Shown here in pieces: positions 37,401 through 50,700 of a stretch of 64,000 nt of DNA. The translations under genes and the position numbers were made by a program. Origin of the DNA: Phoronis australis. Lineage: Eukaryota; Animalia; Phoronida. The notes below the pieces were generated by a model. The model saw nothing but the letters and a program-made list of their open reading frames with translations, was not told where the DNA came from and searched no databases. How positions within the stretch are numbered: the stretch's first letter is position 1; the number at the start of each line of letters is the position of its first letter. Where the stretch lies: the NCBI GenBank assembly GCA_002633005.1, contig NMRA01000096.1:372001-436000 (forward strand). The letters run 5' to 3'.

Positions 37401-40400
37401 CAGGTCACCAATCCACATGACGTCACAACCACTTCCCACTGCAGCCATGAAAGATGTCTCGATAGAGGATACAGAGGTAAAAACCTTAACAGACTGCACA
37501 GAAAGTAAGTTATTTCAGTGGCATTTACACTTAGAACGTAGGATAAATCCTTAGTGTTTAATAGAAATCACTAACAATAGTCCTCATCCAAATTTTCATT
37601 CAAAAGGGCACACTACAACACATTGGCTGCAGGCCAAAGGGATTTCCCATTGAGTAACATGCATTTATATCGGAGTGTACAAAATGAATCAAAGAAATTG
37701 TAGATCATTAAAAAGGTACAATGATATTGTTCAGGTCAGCTACACATACACAAGAACAGAAAATGACTAGAGGCCCTTCAAATCCAAAATAGTTCAACTG
37801 TGACGGTGTCATACTAGGCTGAACTGACCACACAGCATGGTGTGATTGGGTTTTCCATTAAAATCCCTCATGACACCATGCAGTCTTTGTTGGATAGTTT
37901 TGCTCATAGCACAAGTTTGATCCCATTCAAACATGGAACACATTAACTATACTACCCGAAGATAACCCTCATGACACTGCTCCTAAACAGACCAGGAAAA
38001 GCAAAAAATCCCAGGACTTCTGATGGCAGTGAGATATAGTGCCCAAAAAACAGATTTGATTGCCCGACACCATAAAATGACTTACAATCATTGCCACAAC
38101 AGCAAATGATAGCTGAGGTGAGACGATTCTTAGAATATCACTATTAACCGATCACATCATAAAAACATTAATACTTTCCTATTTATGACATAGCATTTTC
38201 ATATTAAGTCAATGTTAAATGATTTACAGCACAAGAAGGAGCAGAACAGATGGCTGGCCCAGGAATTGGAGACAACAACATTCAACACCTACAAGCCAAT
38301 GCCGTCCAGATAGGAGGAGCCAATCAGAACATGATCTTTCCAGCTGCCCAGAATGTGACCGTAAATCAGGAGCCCTCAGGTAAGGAACACATAGGTCGCA
38401 ATTATAACCTTTGCATATACCCGCCTCACACAAATGTTCTAAAAATCTCCCGTTTGTTATTAGAGCTTTGAAAAATATCTGCAACATCAGTCCTACGAGA
38501 GTGCAGCAACCGTATCAGGCAGGTTTGCCTTACAACAATAAAATGTTTAAGGATGGTAGAACACAACATTTTGTCAGTTGTACTAAGACTCATTATTTTT
38601 GAATTGGGTGGTGATATACTCGATCGCTAACAATACTGCTCAATACAAGATATCTCGCTTAATATTGCCATTCTCGGTATCGTAACAAATGGAATGGCTC
38701 ATCCAGTTGACAAGGTATGCACAGGTTGATTTGTCACAGGCGCATAATTTTAAGGGTCCGGCATTAATTGTCAGTCTGCACTACTAACAAACAGTGAGGT
38801 CTTTGCAAACTCAGAAGTCACTTCTCATCCAAGTACGGAACAAGTTGAAACCAATTTTAGATTAGTAAGTGGTCTCCTTGGACACAACTCATGTTTATAG
38901 CTGCTTTAAGAACATGTCATTCTTGAACAGGATGAAGTTATGATTGGAATTTTCAAGGTTCATGTGCCAACAATCCACTAGGTACACATGCCAATGCAGT
39001 ATACACGTAGTGTTACCTTATGTAGGCATACACAAATGATGCATCTATACACAAAACGTACCGAGAGTGGCGTACATGAAGTAATGTCCCGTGAGACATT
39101 ATTCCGCGTACGTATTGACTGAGACTGAATGAAAAGTTTGATGATTGAACCAACTAAAGACGTCGAGTTGACATTGACCTACATTTTGAACTTTCCATGT
39201 CAGAGGTCACTGCTGAAGTAGTGTGGGAGGTTAATACGAAAAACATTATTACATGGCCATATTACACTCGACAGATTCAACGCGTATGGAATAAAGTATA
39301 ACATTAACCCCTTTTGGCCCATTATAGAAGAAAAGGTAACATTCATTTACACGGTCCTATATTTTCATCACCACTAAATAACTAGCACCAAACTGGTTCT
39401 TAAAATACGGGTGCCTTGTGACTATTGCCTTTTTGATGCCAGAAATAAATTGCTCAGAACTGAGAGGAACTAAAAGATTGGGATATTTGTATACAAACAT
39501 CATTCTACAACCACCCTCAGTAGTTACAAAATGGTATTTATTGCCGTAATCCACTGTTTGATTGTCAGCTCCAAATACAACGCCCAGAGACAGTTCTAAT
39601 CGACTATGGCGACGACTTATGCAACGACCTTGCATGCAATTTTAGTAGGCTTAGGACTGCTCTTGAGTGACAAATTACCCCAAGAAGGTGACTTAAATAT
39701 GGCGACTTAACAAAAACCTTTTACATGTAACTGAATGGACTTGTAAAATGGACCAATGAAGTGACGATTTGCTGGCAGTAATTGTATGACTTCTCGATTA
39801 ATTCGTAAGATGAAATGAACAGTTATCTCGTACAAAATGATGACATATCCAGACAGAACAACTTACACAATGACTGGTAAACCGAGGTCACTTCTAGCTT
39901 TCCCTAATATTTAAATTTTAATCTAATTTTCAGGATCATCCGTCAAAGATTTGTTGGCAAGAATGCTACTCATTGAGGTAGGATGCTTTTATAAGGAACG
40001 CGAACCACAGACATGCATGCATTAAACCATGATGAAAGAACCGTTGAAAAGAAACACAACTGACAAACTGCTCATATTCAAATTACAGCCTATAGTAAAC
40101 ACTGTTTGGATGTTTTCACATTCTTTTGCAGTGAATTCAAACATGAACTATAAAGCCTTCGATTTTGTTGCAGCAGGAACAGTCATAGATGTACAACCAT
40201 TGAAGTATTTTTACATTACCCTCACTAACAAGAGCATTGCTAAGCACTGATATGAGCCTACTGTATGCATTGAAAATGACAAAAGATGTAAAGTGTGCTT
40301 TTTTCAAACAAGACAGAACTGCTCAAAATGGGCAAGTGTTGTTCTCTTTAGGATAAAATCTTTTCTACCAAATTTCAAGACAATTGTTCATCAAACTTCA

Positions 40401-43400
40401 TACTTAAATTAAGGCAAAGGCGAAAAAAATAATAAAACAGTAGTCGTATCCGTCCAAAAGTCATGTTCTTGTTAACAGGAACAAACCTACAAAATTCCAT
40501 GATGATTCTTAAAGAATTTGGCAGATGTTGCCGCATGTGCAAAAATAAAACTGCCACTAGGGGCAGAGGTCTAGAGATAAACCTGTCAAATTTCAATTTG
40601 CGTGTAAAGAACAAGCAACATTATGTCACTGTGAACCTTTTAGAAGAAGCAACAACAGCAAGACCGAGAGGTCGAAACTCTCAGACAAGATAACGAGGAC
40701 CTCAGCAAAAAAATGGACCAGCTAGAAAGAGAAAAAGCAGAACTCAGCCACGAATTGGTAAAGATAAAAAAAGAGAGAAGCCAAGAAATGGTACAGATAA
40801 CAAAAGAGAGAACTGAGCTAACCAGAAAGATTGCAACTCAGGCTCGACAGCTAGAAGAAGACAGTGCACAGCATGAGCATCTTGATCAGAGAATAAACGA
40901 GCTTGAGGTAAGGAACTTAAATCCTACCAAAACCATGAGAAAGGGCCGCAACACAGATACAAGAGGCAACTTGAAATTCAGTCAGAATAAACACATCTCC
41001 CTATAACTTTCAACATACAACTTGAATTGTAATTTTTTATTATAGTGACATGTGTTCAAATACATTTAAGCAATGAATATGTTACAGAACAGGAACAGCC
41101 AACCCTCCATGAAGCTTACAAGTCACTTTAGATACATGATATAAAAAAGAAAAAAAAACAAGTGTACACGCATTGCAAGAGGACTAAAAGACAGAGATTA
41201 GTGTGATCATAAATAAATATAATTTTTCTTTACTTCAAAAATATTTTTGATGAAAACTCAACTTTTTCTGATAACATTTTTTTGCATGATTGTAATTAAT
41301 TAACTTTCACAGCATTCTGCACGAAATCGTGGATATTTAATCTCAACTTGAGAGTAAGAGGTGTTTCTGGCATCTAAGAAAAACGGACACTCAAACAGAA
41401 AATGTACTTCAGTTTCGACCCGACCAGTGTGACAAAGACAGCAAATTCTATCATCAAATTCTAGAGAACGAAAACACCCAACCTCAACCAATAGCTGTAG
41501 GGTTTCGGTTCTAATTTGAGCAAGAACTGACCTACTAGACCGAGTTAAGTCTAAATGCACATAAGGATCAACTTCAAAAACGTTCTTCATCAAAACATAT
41601 TAGGTTCTTAACTTTGGTTTTGAACAACATTCAAACAACCACCTCTTACAGGCCAAATCATGCAAAATATTCTTACAGTGAGAGAGCGTAACTGAACATA
41701 AGTTATGAAAACAGTCCGAAATCCCTAATTATTCAAAAATGTTCATAACTTCAGAATACCAATTATTAGTACAAGTAGTGTATTCCCACCAAAATATTCG
41801 GTATGTTAGTCTATCATCCTCGAAATTAATAATACGATTCCACATTCTCAAAAGCTCAATTTTCCGCCTAACACTGGGGAATTCCCACACCATGTCACTC
41901 ATAACAGCATGATTAGGAGCGAATTTGTGAACGCCCAAGAAAAATTACGGAGCTCTATTCTGAATGACATCACAATCCTGTAAACTAGAGCCGCCCCAGA
42001 CCCCTACACAATAATCTCTAACAGGCACAACACATGCATTGAATAATGTAGTGAATGTTCTGTACCTCATTTTTTTATCCTTTTTAAATTTATAGATTAA
42101 AGTGCTCAAAGCTCTTCCGGCAGATTCGGACAAAGTTTTAGCAGTTTCAGAAAACTTCAAATGTTCATTTAAAATTATTCCTAAATATTTATAAATGGGT
42201 ACATATTTTAGGTCTAGTCGACCCAACTGAAATTTATATAGACTACGAGAGACATGCTTGGATCTGAAGAGAATAATATTAGTTTTTTCCAGATTGACAA
42301 TTTAGAGCACCATTTGTCAGTTATATTCAATAAACCCTGTAAATTTTCTTCGCTCTCGGCAAGAACCACTATATCATCCACATAAAACAAAGACGAAACA
42401 TTATCAGCACTCATAGGAATTCCTAAATTTGACTGTTTTAAGTCCGTTGCCAAATCATTTATGAATAATGCAAAAAGAGTAAGTGATAAAACATCTCCTT
42501 GTTTGACCCCACAAGGTGTATAAACCAGTCCGTAAAGGTATTGTTAATCTTAACACACGATTGAGTTTCGGCATAGATATTTTTAACCGATTCATAAAAC
42601 TTTCCAACTATCTTCAGATCCAGCATTTTAAAAAGTAAAATATTTCTATCTACCCAATCAAAAGCTTTTTGCATATCAATAAAAGTCGTAAATGTAGATT
42701 GTTTGTTATTCAAGCGGTTACGTATAACCGAGGACAAAACAAAACCGTGATCGACACATGCTCTGTCACATCAAAAGCCATTTTGCTCATCAACAAGGAG
42801 CCCGTTTTCCTCAGCGTACTCAACCAGTCTATTGTTCAATACACTACTATACAACTTGTACACGTTGGACAACAAGCTGGTACCTCTATATCTCAGCGGG
42901 ACGTGAGGGTCCTTCTCTGACCCCTTTGGAAAAGGCATAATAACGGATTTAGGCCATAAACTAGGAACCATACCGTAACGAAAAACCATTTGGAACAAAT
43001 AAGTCAAAAGGTCAATAGCAATTTGTGTTCAACTGCTAAATGTGTTGGAGGGCACACTCACAAATTTCCTTGTTGTAGTCGAGCAAAATGAAAGTAGGTA
43101 AACCATGTAGTTTTTCAGCAATTATGGCCGCGCAACATTACTGCCGTCCATACAGACTTGCTCTAGAACAAGTTACTCCTGGAACGAATTGTCGCTAGGT
43201 TTAAGGGCTATGTGGACAGTATTTAAACCAATGCAACATGCCCCACTTGTGACAACTTACTCCACCTTATCAAGGTAGGACAATTTGTTCTAAGGTAACT
43301 TGCGCTACTTCTAATCACTGGGGCAAGGTGGAAGTAATTATCAGCTGCGGTTACACACAGACCAAGTCTTCTTTTGTGCGTCATATTCGCATCAGCTGTT

Positions 43401-44686
43401 TATTGTCATGCGAAGAGCGATAACTTCTGCCTTGCGCTAGTAATTGGATTTGTGTGTGTGTGTGCGCACGCTTCACTTAAAGTGGGGCAAGTAGCACTAA
43501 TGCAAGTTGTTCTGGGACAAGTCTGTGAGTGGACGGGACTATCGATGGCCGAATGCGACGTTTCTCGTTGTAGAATCAAAAGAAGTGTCTTGAAGAGAAA
43601 CTTTTCGAGCAAGGGCGCCACTTGAAGAAGTTACACACGAAGATGAAGAGGAAGAACGCGTGTTTCAGCTGTCTGCACACAACCAGTCAGGCTTGCACCT
43701 ATTGCATTAAGGCTGGACGCTGCGCCAATGCCCGCCCACTAAACTCGAACTATATGAACATGTAACACAGTACTACCGTATTCGTTCCAGTAAACGCCCA
43801 GACTTGGTTGAATGTGCATATTTACATTAACAAATCTTCCACTTTTATTGGGATACAAGCCCACTGACCCTACCCTCAATTTACACATTTGTGAACACCA
43901 GTCTCAGATAACGTTTTATTTGGCCTTTCATAAAGTTGCTGACACCAATACAACAATCTGAGCGTTTACTCAAATCGGTCATTCAATTACTCTCGTTATA
44001 AGCTCATACTCTAGATGTCAAACCTGTGACTTTCCGGTAAGTCAATACAAGTGCCCCAGGTGTTAAGGGTCAACCTTTATGTGCATGGTATTCACTATGC
44101 TATTCTTTACTTAGGGTACTGTCATTGACTGGACATATGGGAAGTGTTGCTGTGATCCTTGTTAGTTCCAAATCGTTAAGCTTAGATACATTCTTGGTTG
44201 AATAACTCTGTATCAGGGTTGACATTTTACCAGCAGTGTACTCCCTTAGTGGGCCATGAACCCCATGGGTTTCCTATCAATGCAAACTTAAAACAATGAA
44301 GCCATAACGGACTACAGGGCAACTCTTACTGACAATCTCGTACTCCAGGTTACGGAAATTTTTTTAATGGTCTCAACATTCTAATTAACCTATCAAAAAC
44401 TAGGTGGTGACAACTGAATTACATTTTTAGCAAACAATATGGCAGGAATCATCATGTTGGTTATTTTTGTACCTTCAAATTTTCCTTCGGGTGTGTTTCA
44501 TATCCACACATGTGCAATCAAAAGAACGAAAGAATTATCTCTCAAGAGACCATTAAAAATCATGACTACAGCCCAACAGGTCTCAGAAGTCGTTCGTGAT
44601 ACCCGATCAGTCGACCTCGCTGCTAATCATGGAGGTATCCCACCGCAATCCACAACAATCACTGTGACTGTGACTGTCACACGCAG

Positions 44687-44729
<43 letters not shown>

Positions 44730-47700
44730 CTCACACACGTACCTCCACGGGGGAAATTTAAGGTTACAAAAATAACCGAGGTGTTCTGGATGGGCAGAAA
44801 TGTGGAATTCGAAATTTTACTTTATCAAATTTATCGACAAAAATAGATGGAACATTCATTAAATGACAACATGGCTTGTTCTCCATAGATATGATAAACA
44901 ACAGTTGGGTATTTTGTATTACTTGTATGAAGCAATGTATTCTCTCAGCCTTTGTAGAATCACAAATGGAAATTTGTAAATTATTTATGTTCGAAATAAT
45001 TGAGAATTACTGAACTTTAACTAGTTTACACTGCCCAGCTTTTTTGATAATTGAATATGACAAGAGATTACGCTATGATTCTTTACCACCAGTAAGAAAA
45101 TTTTCTTGACCTGGCAGGACGAGAGCTCTGAACGTTGTTCAACTTTTGTGTCTTTTTTTGTTCAGGTATTTATTATCATTTATGAAACAGTACAAAAACA
45201 AACAACAAATAAGTGCATCAATTTATTCACGCATGCACACCTCAGGAGAGACTATTCTCGTATCTCGTATAATATAAAGTAAACAAACTTCTACATGGAG
45301 TTAACGTGAACAATGAAATTTTCCCATTTTGCAGAAAAGCTGTCATATAAAAAATTTTTATATACAATTAATTTTTCAGCATCAAAAAAATTGTGTGTCT
45401 TCAATGAGCTTCCGGCAAACTTTTGACACATCTCTTATGTTGTGGTCAAAAGTACTTCAAACTGATGATTTACACATTGCTTTGATTCACAAAATCTATG
45501 ACAGTGGGTGAAACGTTTCTCACCATTGAACTGTTTTAGTCTTATATGTGCATTGAGCGCCGATAAGGCAACGGCTATTGATCTGGGGCCTGTTCCAAGA
45601 AACTGACTTAAGTTCATTTTTGACTTAAGTTTAAGATTTGTCTTAAATTCCCAACTTTGAAACTTCCATGTTCGGTAAGTTAGTCAAAATTAAGACAAAA
45701 ATTATGTCACACACTTAAGCCGAACTTTAGATCTCTTTCTTGAATTGGTTTTCAGACAAATTTAACTTGTATTTTAAAATTTACTAAAATTTAAGATTTG
45801 TCTTAGCTAAGTCTGTTTTGTTGGAACGGGCCCCTGTTCTACACAATGGAGACAGTCGAATGTTTTGATTTATTTTCTGCAATGGTCAAAAACTTGCAAT
45901 AAGGCAAATTAACACTAATCCTTGTGTTATACTGTGCTTGGAATGGTGCTGAGGAGTTCAGTTTTAGGTGTTTATTAAGTGCATCCTTTGAACTTTATCC
46001 TGCTTAGTTTGATGAAAATCATTTTCGATTAACTTACGTTGTGCTCAATATAACTTTTATTTAAAAAATCTTAAGTCGCTTTAGTAATTTATTACCATCA
46101 TTCTGTGATTTTTGGTATTCCTTAAATAATTGTTGCAGGTACTACATGCTTCTTAATCACATTTCAGTTTTACAAAGCATGTCAATTAAGAAGCCTAATA
46201 AAAATTAGGCAAGTGTAATTCATGATATGCTAAGTAGTTATTGGTCTTATTATGTCACTTGCATTTTGTAGAGTAGCTTCGATTAATTTATCTTTATTGT
46301 TTGTTACTCCTTTGCTAATAAAATAATTTGTTTTGAAACATTCAAGTCTCATTTTTTAAGCAAATAAGGGTAATCATCACACAAGAAGCACTGGTAACAG
46401 ATACACCCACACACCCACACACAGACACACACACACACCGACACATTAATAGCCACCCACCCCCCCACAANNNNNTCACCCGCCCGCCCACCAACACCCG
46501 CCCGCTCGCCCGCCCCTTCCCAATAACACACTAACCACTGCATTACCTATGACCAATAGGATAAACAATACCTAAAACTGGTCTTATGTGTCTTTGTTTG
46601 GTATGTATGATAGTAACCTAAAAACATGCACCATTGTGACCTCTCGTCAACTTGAACATTTAACCGTCCTGAAGAAACTCGACGGCAAGAACAAACAGTT
46701 TCATATTAGCATTTTGAGGCCTAATCTATGCAAGTTCCTTTATTACACCGACTCTGCAACTGTTTCACACCTTAACCTAGTTCCAGTAAACCAATGTTAA
46801 CAAGTTCAGAATTTGACATTTTAACACTTAATAAGAGTTTCTGTAAATTTTTGGACGTATTCCACAGTCAAACAATGCACTTTAAGTTATACAAGAACTC
46901 AAAGTTTGCACTTTTATGGTGACTTTCAGAGGTGACAATAGAGTTTTGCTGCAAGTGCCAACTGTATCTATGGTAGAGACCAACAGATTTTAATGCTAAA
47001 TGAGATGACTCTTACTACACAAAGCCAGCAAACTCGGCAATCTCATCCGTAAATGACAACGAGCGCCATAGCTAACAAACAGTTCAGCAAACCACTTCAC
47101 ACGGTTAGCTCGGCACATTGCATTCCCCAGGCACGTATTCAACAGCTGCTGTAGTTGGTCCTACCTGCAGTATCTTCCGGGCCTGCGTCACTCTATTGGT
47201 CTCTAAGAACCCTATCATCAGACTCTGTAGGACATTCATCTCACCGTGGTGCTTGGTGGCCAGGTCCATGGCTGGAACAAAACAGCAGCAGCTGGTCATG
47301 GCTTGTGAAACAAGGTCAAGTATGGAAAACAAACAAGGCAAGATACCGAGGATTGCTTGAAGATCTGGAGCCTGTTTCATGAAAGTGTCTTAAGACTTTA
47401 GACAGAAATTTGATGTTACGCTCCCACTTCATAATTGCTGAGAAAAGGTTTAGCCAAGTTATTATGAGAGTGTTACAGTGTAGAAATAATGTATAGCCTC
47501 ACAGTATACAAAGGTTTAGCCAAGTAATTATGAGAGTGTTACAGTGTAGAAATAATGTATAGCCTCACAGTATACAAAGGTTTAGCCAAGTAATTATGAG
47601 AGTGTTACAGTGTAGAAATAATTACAGTAATAGAAATGATCTCAGTAACTAGCGGGTATGTTCTCACTGAACTTATGCTCATGAGAGAGATTTAATTTTT

Positions 47701-50700
47701 CTAAAATAGTTAGATGGAGCGTAAGACCAAATTTCGGTCTTAAGTCATAAGTCACCATTCGTGAAACAAACCCCAGCCCCCATGGTAAAATACCCCCACT
47801 ACACCCGAATACCATTTTTCATGAAGACCACTGAATTTACACACAAAACCTGATTATTCTGATTTGTCACAAAGGCGTGTTTAGGATTTCTTTTGAAGTA
47901 TTTTAGCCCCAAATCTCTGCTGCCAAGGCCTCTGTGTTTCCGAGTAATGTTGGCAACAGGGTTCCTCGTCCTTGGTGCCCTATCATGTCGCATGATGCCA
48001 GTATACATGTGTTGGTAAACTCGAAGCATGCCACGGCTTTGTTATTTTTTTGGCCAGATTTCGAGTACAGCGATTATACCCAGGGCCCTGAAATGTATCT
48101 GACAGCACATTCGTGAGTCAACACAGGTTAGATTGATTGTATCCCAAAACACAAACAGTGAACAATGAACGCGCTTTTGAGAAGGTCAAATGGCGTCTTC
48201 TTATTTCACGTCGTTTGAGCTAAAATAACTTCAAAACTAAGTCGGTGACCCCGTATTTCTTCTTATACCGTAAAAAACATGATAGTGCCACTAATAAACA
48301 TATTCAAGAAAAAATTAAATGGTGTAACTTTTTGTGTAGAAACCGAAATGCTAAAATTTGAGGTACTCAAAGTAAAAAACATCCTTTACAAGACATAGGA
48401 AGATTACTAAGCCGGGAAATGTAAGTTCAGTGCTTAAAACATAAATCTCATATCCTCCAGTAAAATCAATCCATTTTCATGCGAACTTCACTACTGTTTA
48501 AATTAGAAAAGGCTTTCTAGTATGTAAATTTCGCATTTTTGCCATCAGAGGTGCCCCTTCCCGTAGATGACTTAAAGGATAATCTGTTTCAGTGATTCGC
48601 ACATATTTTGGCAGATTTGTAAAAGGCAAAGAATGTCCCCCTTAGCTTAGAAATCATGACTTCGTAGGGTAGTGCACTGTAATAGCATGTTCTGTTGCCA
48701 ACAACATAATAAATGAAGCTGTGCTTATTCTTAATTTTCTCAAGGTGTCAAAAAAGTAGGAAATTAGTACCATTAGTCTACAGAAAATCAACAGAAGAAA
48801 CAAACCTTTGCGTCAAGAAATCCATACCTTTTTGCAAGTTGTCAGGGTCCTCTTTTTCGATAAAAAACTTGAAGATTTCGTCAAACATCACCACACGATC
48901 GTGTTTCTCTGACAAATACTGCATCCCTGAGATGATGGTCTCACCATCAGCACTAAACAGAAACAATGTAAACAAGGTTACACATAACAATCACCCTTAG
49001 GATCCCCATTTACTACATAATCCAACACCAGTGCTTATTATCGTCCTCATACTGGAGCTCTAAGAACTGCACATCAACAAGATCAATTCTCTTAGTTTGG
49101 CCATTTGAGTACGCAGTCAATGATCCGGCTTGAGATCCCAGTCCTTCTGCTGTAGTGGTAATTAGCAAGAGAGACATCTCTTGATAAAACGCATGGGACG
49201 GACACAAAAATCGCCTACGTTCTTAAATTTTGAAAAGTTACAAAAGTTATTTTTTTCCGACAAATTAGCGTTCATTCCCAACTTTTCTATCAAAATTTAA
49301 TAGCGTAAATTTTTCCCTGTACAAACTATATGGTGTTTTGGACGCAACAGAAATCTCGCCCAATCACCCATTTCCAACATTCTTTGGAAAATGTGACGTG
49401 TCAGCTTGAGACACAATATGGCTGACATGAAAAATTTATTTTGTCAAATTTTCAACAAATATAACTTTATGCTTTTAGCCTGGTTTGTATGAAGCTATTA
49501 CCAAACAAAAATTTTGAGCACTGGCAAGAATGCAGTAAGCCTGTAAATAATAAAACTATGGCAATTTTAACAATAATTATTATTATTATTGTCCCAATTT
49601 GAAGAATTTTTAACTATAGAGAAAAACCGAGGTAACCTAGTACAATCAGACTCAAATAATGCAGGAGTCGTTTGTGGTAATGATGTGCTTTAAAGAAAAG
49701 CTTGAGAATATAGGGAAAGTACACAGAACTCAGCGGCATTGTGGTTAAAGCACCGAATACAGGGGTCTACAGTGGTAGGTTTAATACTCTGCTGAGGAAG
49801 CTATTCTTCTATAGATCATCCACGCTATTGTTAATCAATTCACCCTGAAAGCACATCCATTCCTCTTTCATATTGACCCAGGTCTTAATGAGGAAGAAAA
49901 CTGAGGGAGGCACTATGCATTCAATCAGCTGCCAGTTTTAAAACCCTCCCACATTTGAACACATATGGAAATGATTCTAAAGACTATTTGATAAGCAGTA
50001 AGTTCTGTAAAAATGATTATAATCGAGGGATCTCCAACCAATACAGTCCAAGACTGACAAATAATCAAAAGCGCAGACTTCTGAGTATAATTACAAGAAT
50101 ATTTATTCACTTAAGTGAAGCTACAAATAACTATGCCACCTTTATGCTTGTTGTTTGTCAATTGTACAGGTGACCAAGATTGAAATTGACAGTCAATAGT
50201 TGGCACCTTGCCTCAGAAACGGGCACAAATATCTGCCTTGTTGCTAGATTATTGACATTTGAATCATGTCAAGTCAACCGAGGCCACAAAAAAAAACATT
50301 AACAAATTTGACCTAAAACAATCACAACAAGCTTATTTCATCTATCCAGGTGGTAATAACAGAAAACCCAGTATACATGTCTGTTTATGTACGTGTCTAA
50401 TCAAACACAAATTACTGTTTTACACTTTGACTAAGAGAGCTGAGCACAAATACCTGTTTAAGGCTGCTGTCATGAAAGTCTCAAGTAAAGCGTGTGTCGA
50501 AGGCTTAATGTAACCTTGGTCAAAAAAAAGTTCCATCATCCGCTGACAACTGTCCACATTTCCTACGGATAATGAAACAAGAGCAGTCAAATCTGGAGAT
50601 TTGAGCATCGGTTCACAATAACTGTTCCCCAGCTCAAGTGTTGACCGAAGGCGTGACTTCAACATCAGCATTGTTACGGTAAAATTCTCTGGTTTGCGAC

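Noticed and set aside
37483-37497. TLTD|C as a possible caspase site upstream of the RHIM, by analogy with IMD and RIPK1
   Set aside because: A four-residue motif in an acidic region is uninformative, and exon 1 of the nested gene is its least certain part.
49729-49797. tRNA-like stretch with CTCAGC/GCTGAG ends and a TGGTTAAAGC D-loop-like motif; a similar A-box head lies at about 12895-12950
   Set aside because: No intact T-loop (GTTCGA) or anticodon stem. At best a SINE or tRNA relic.
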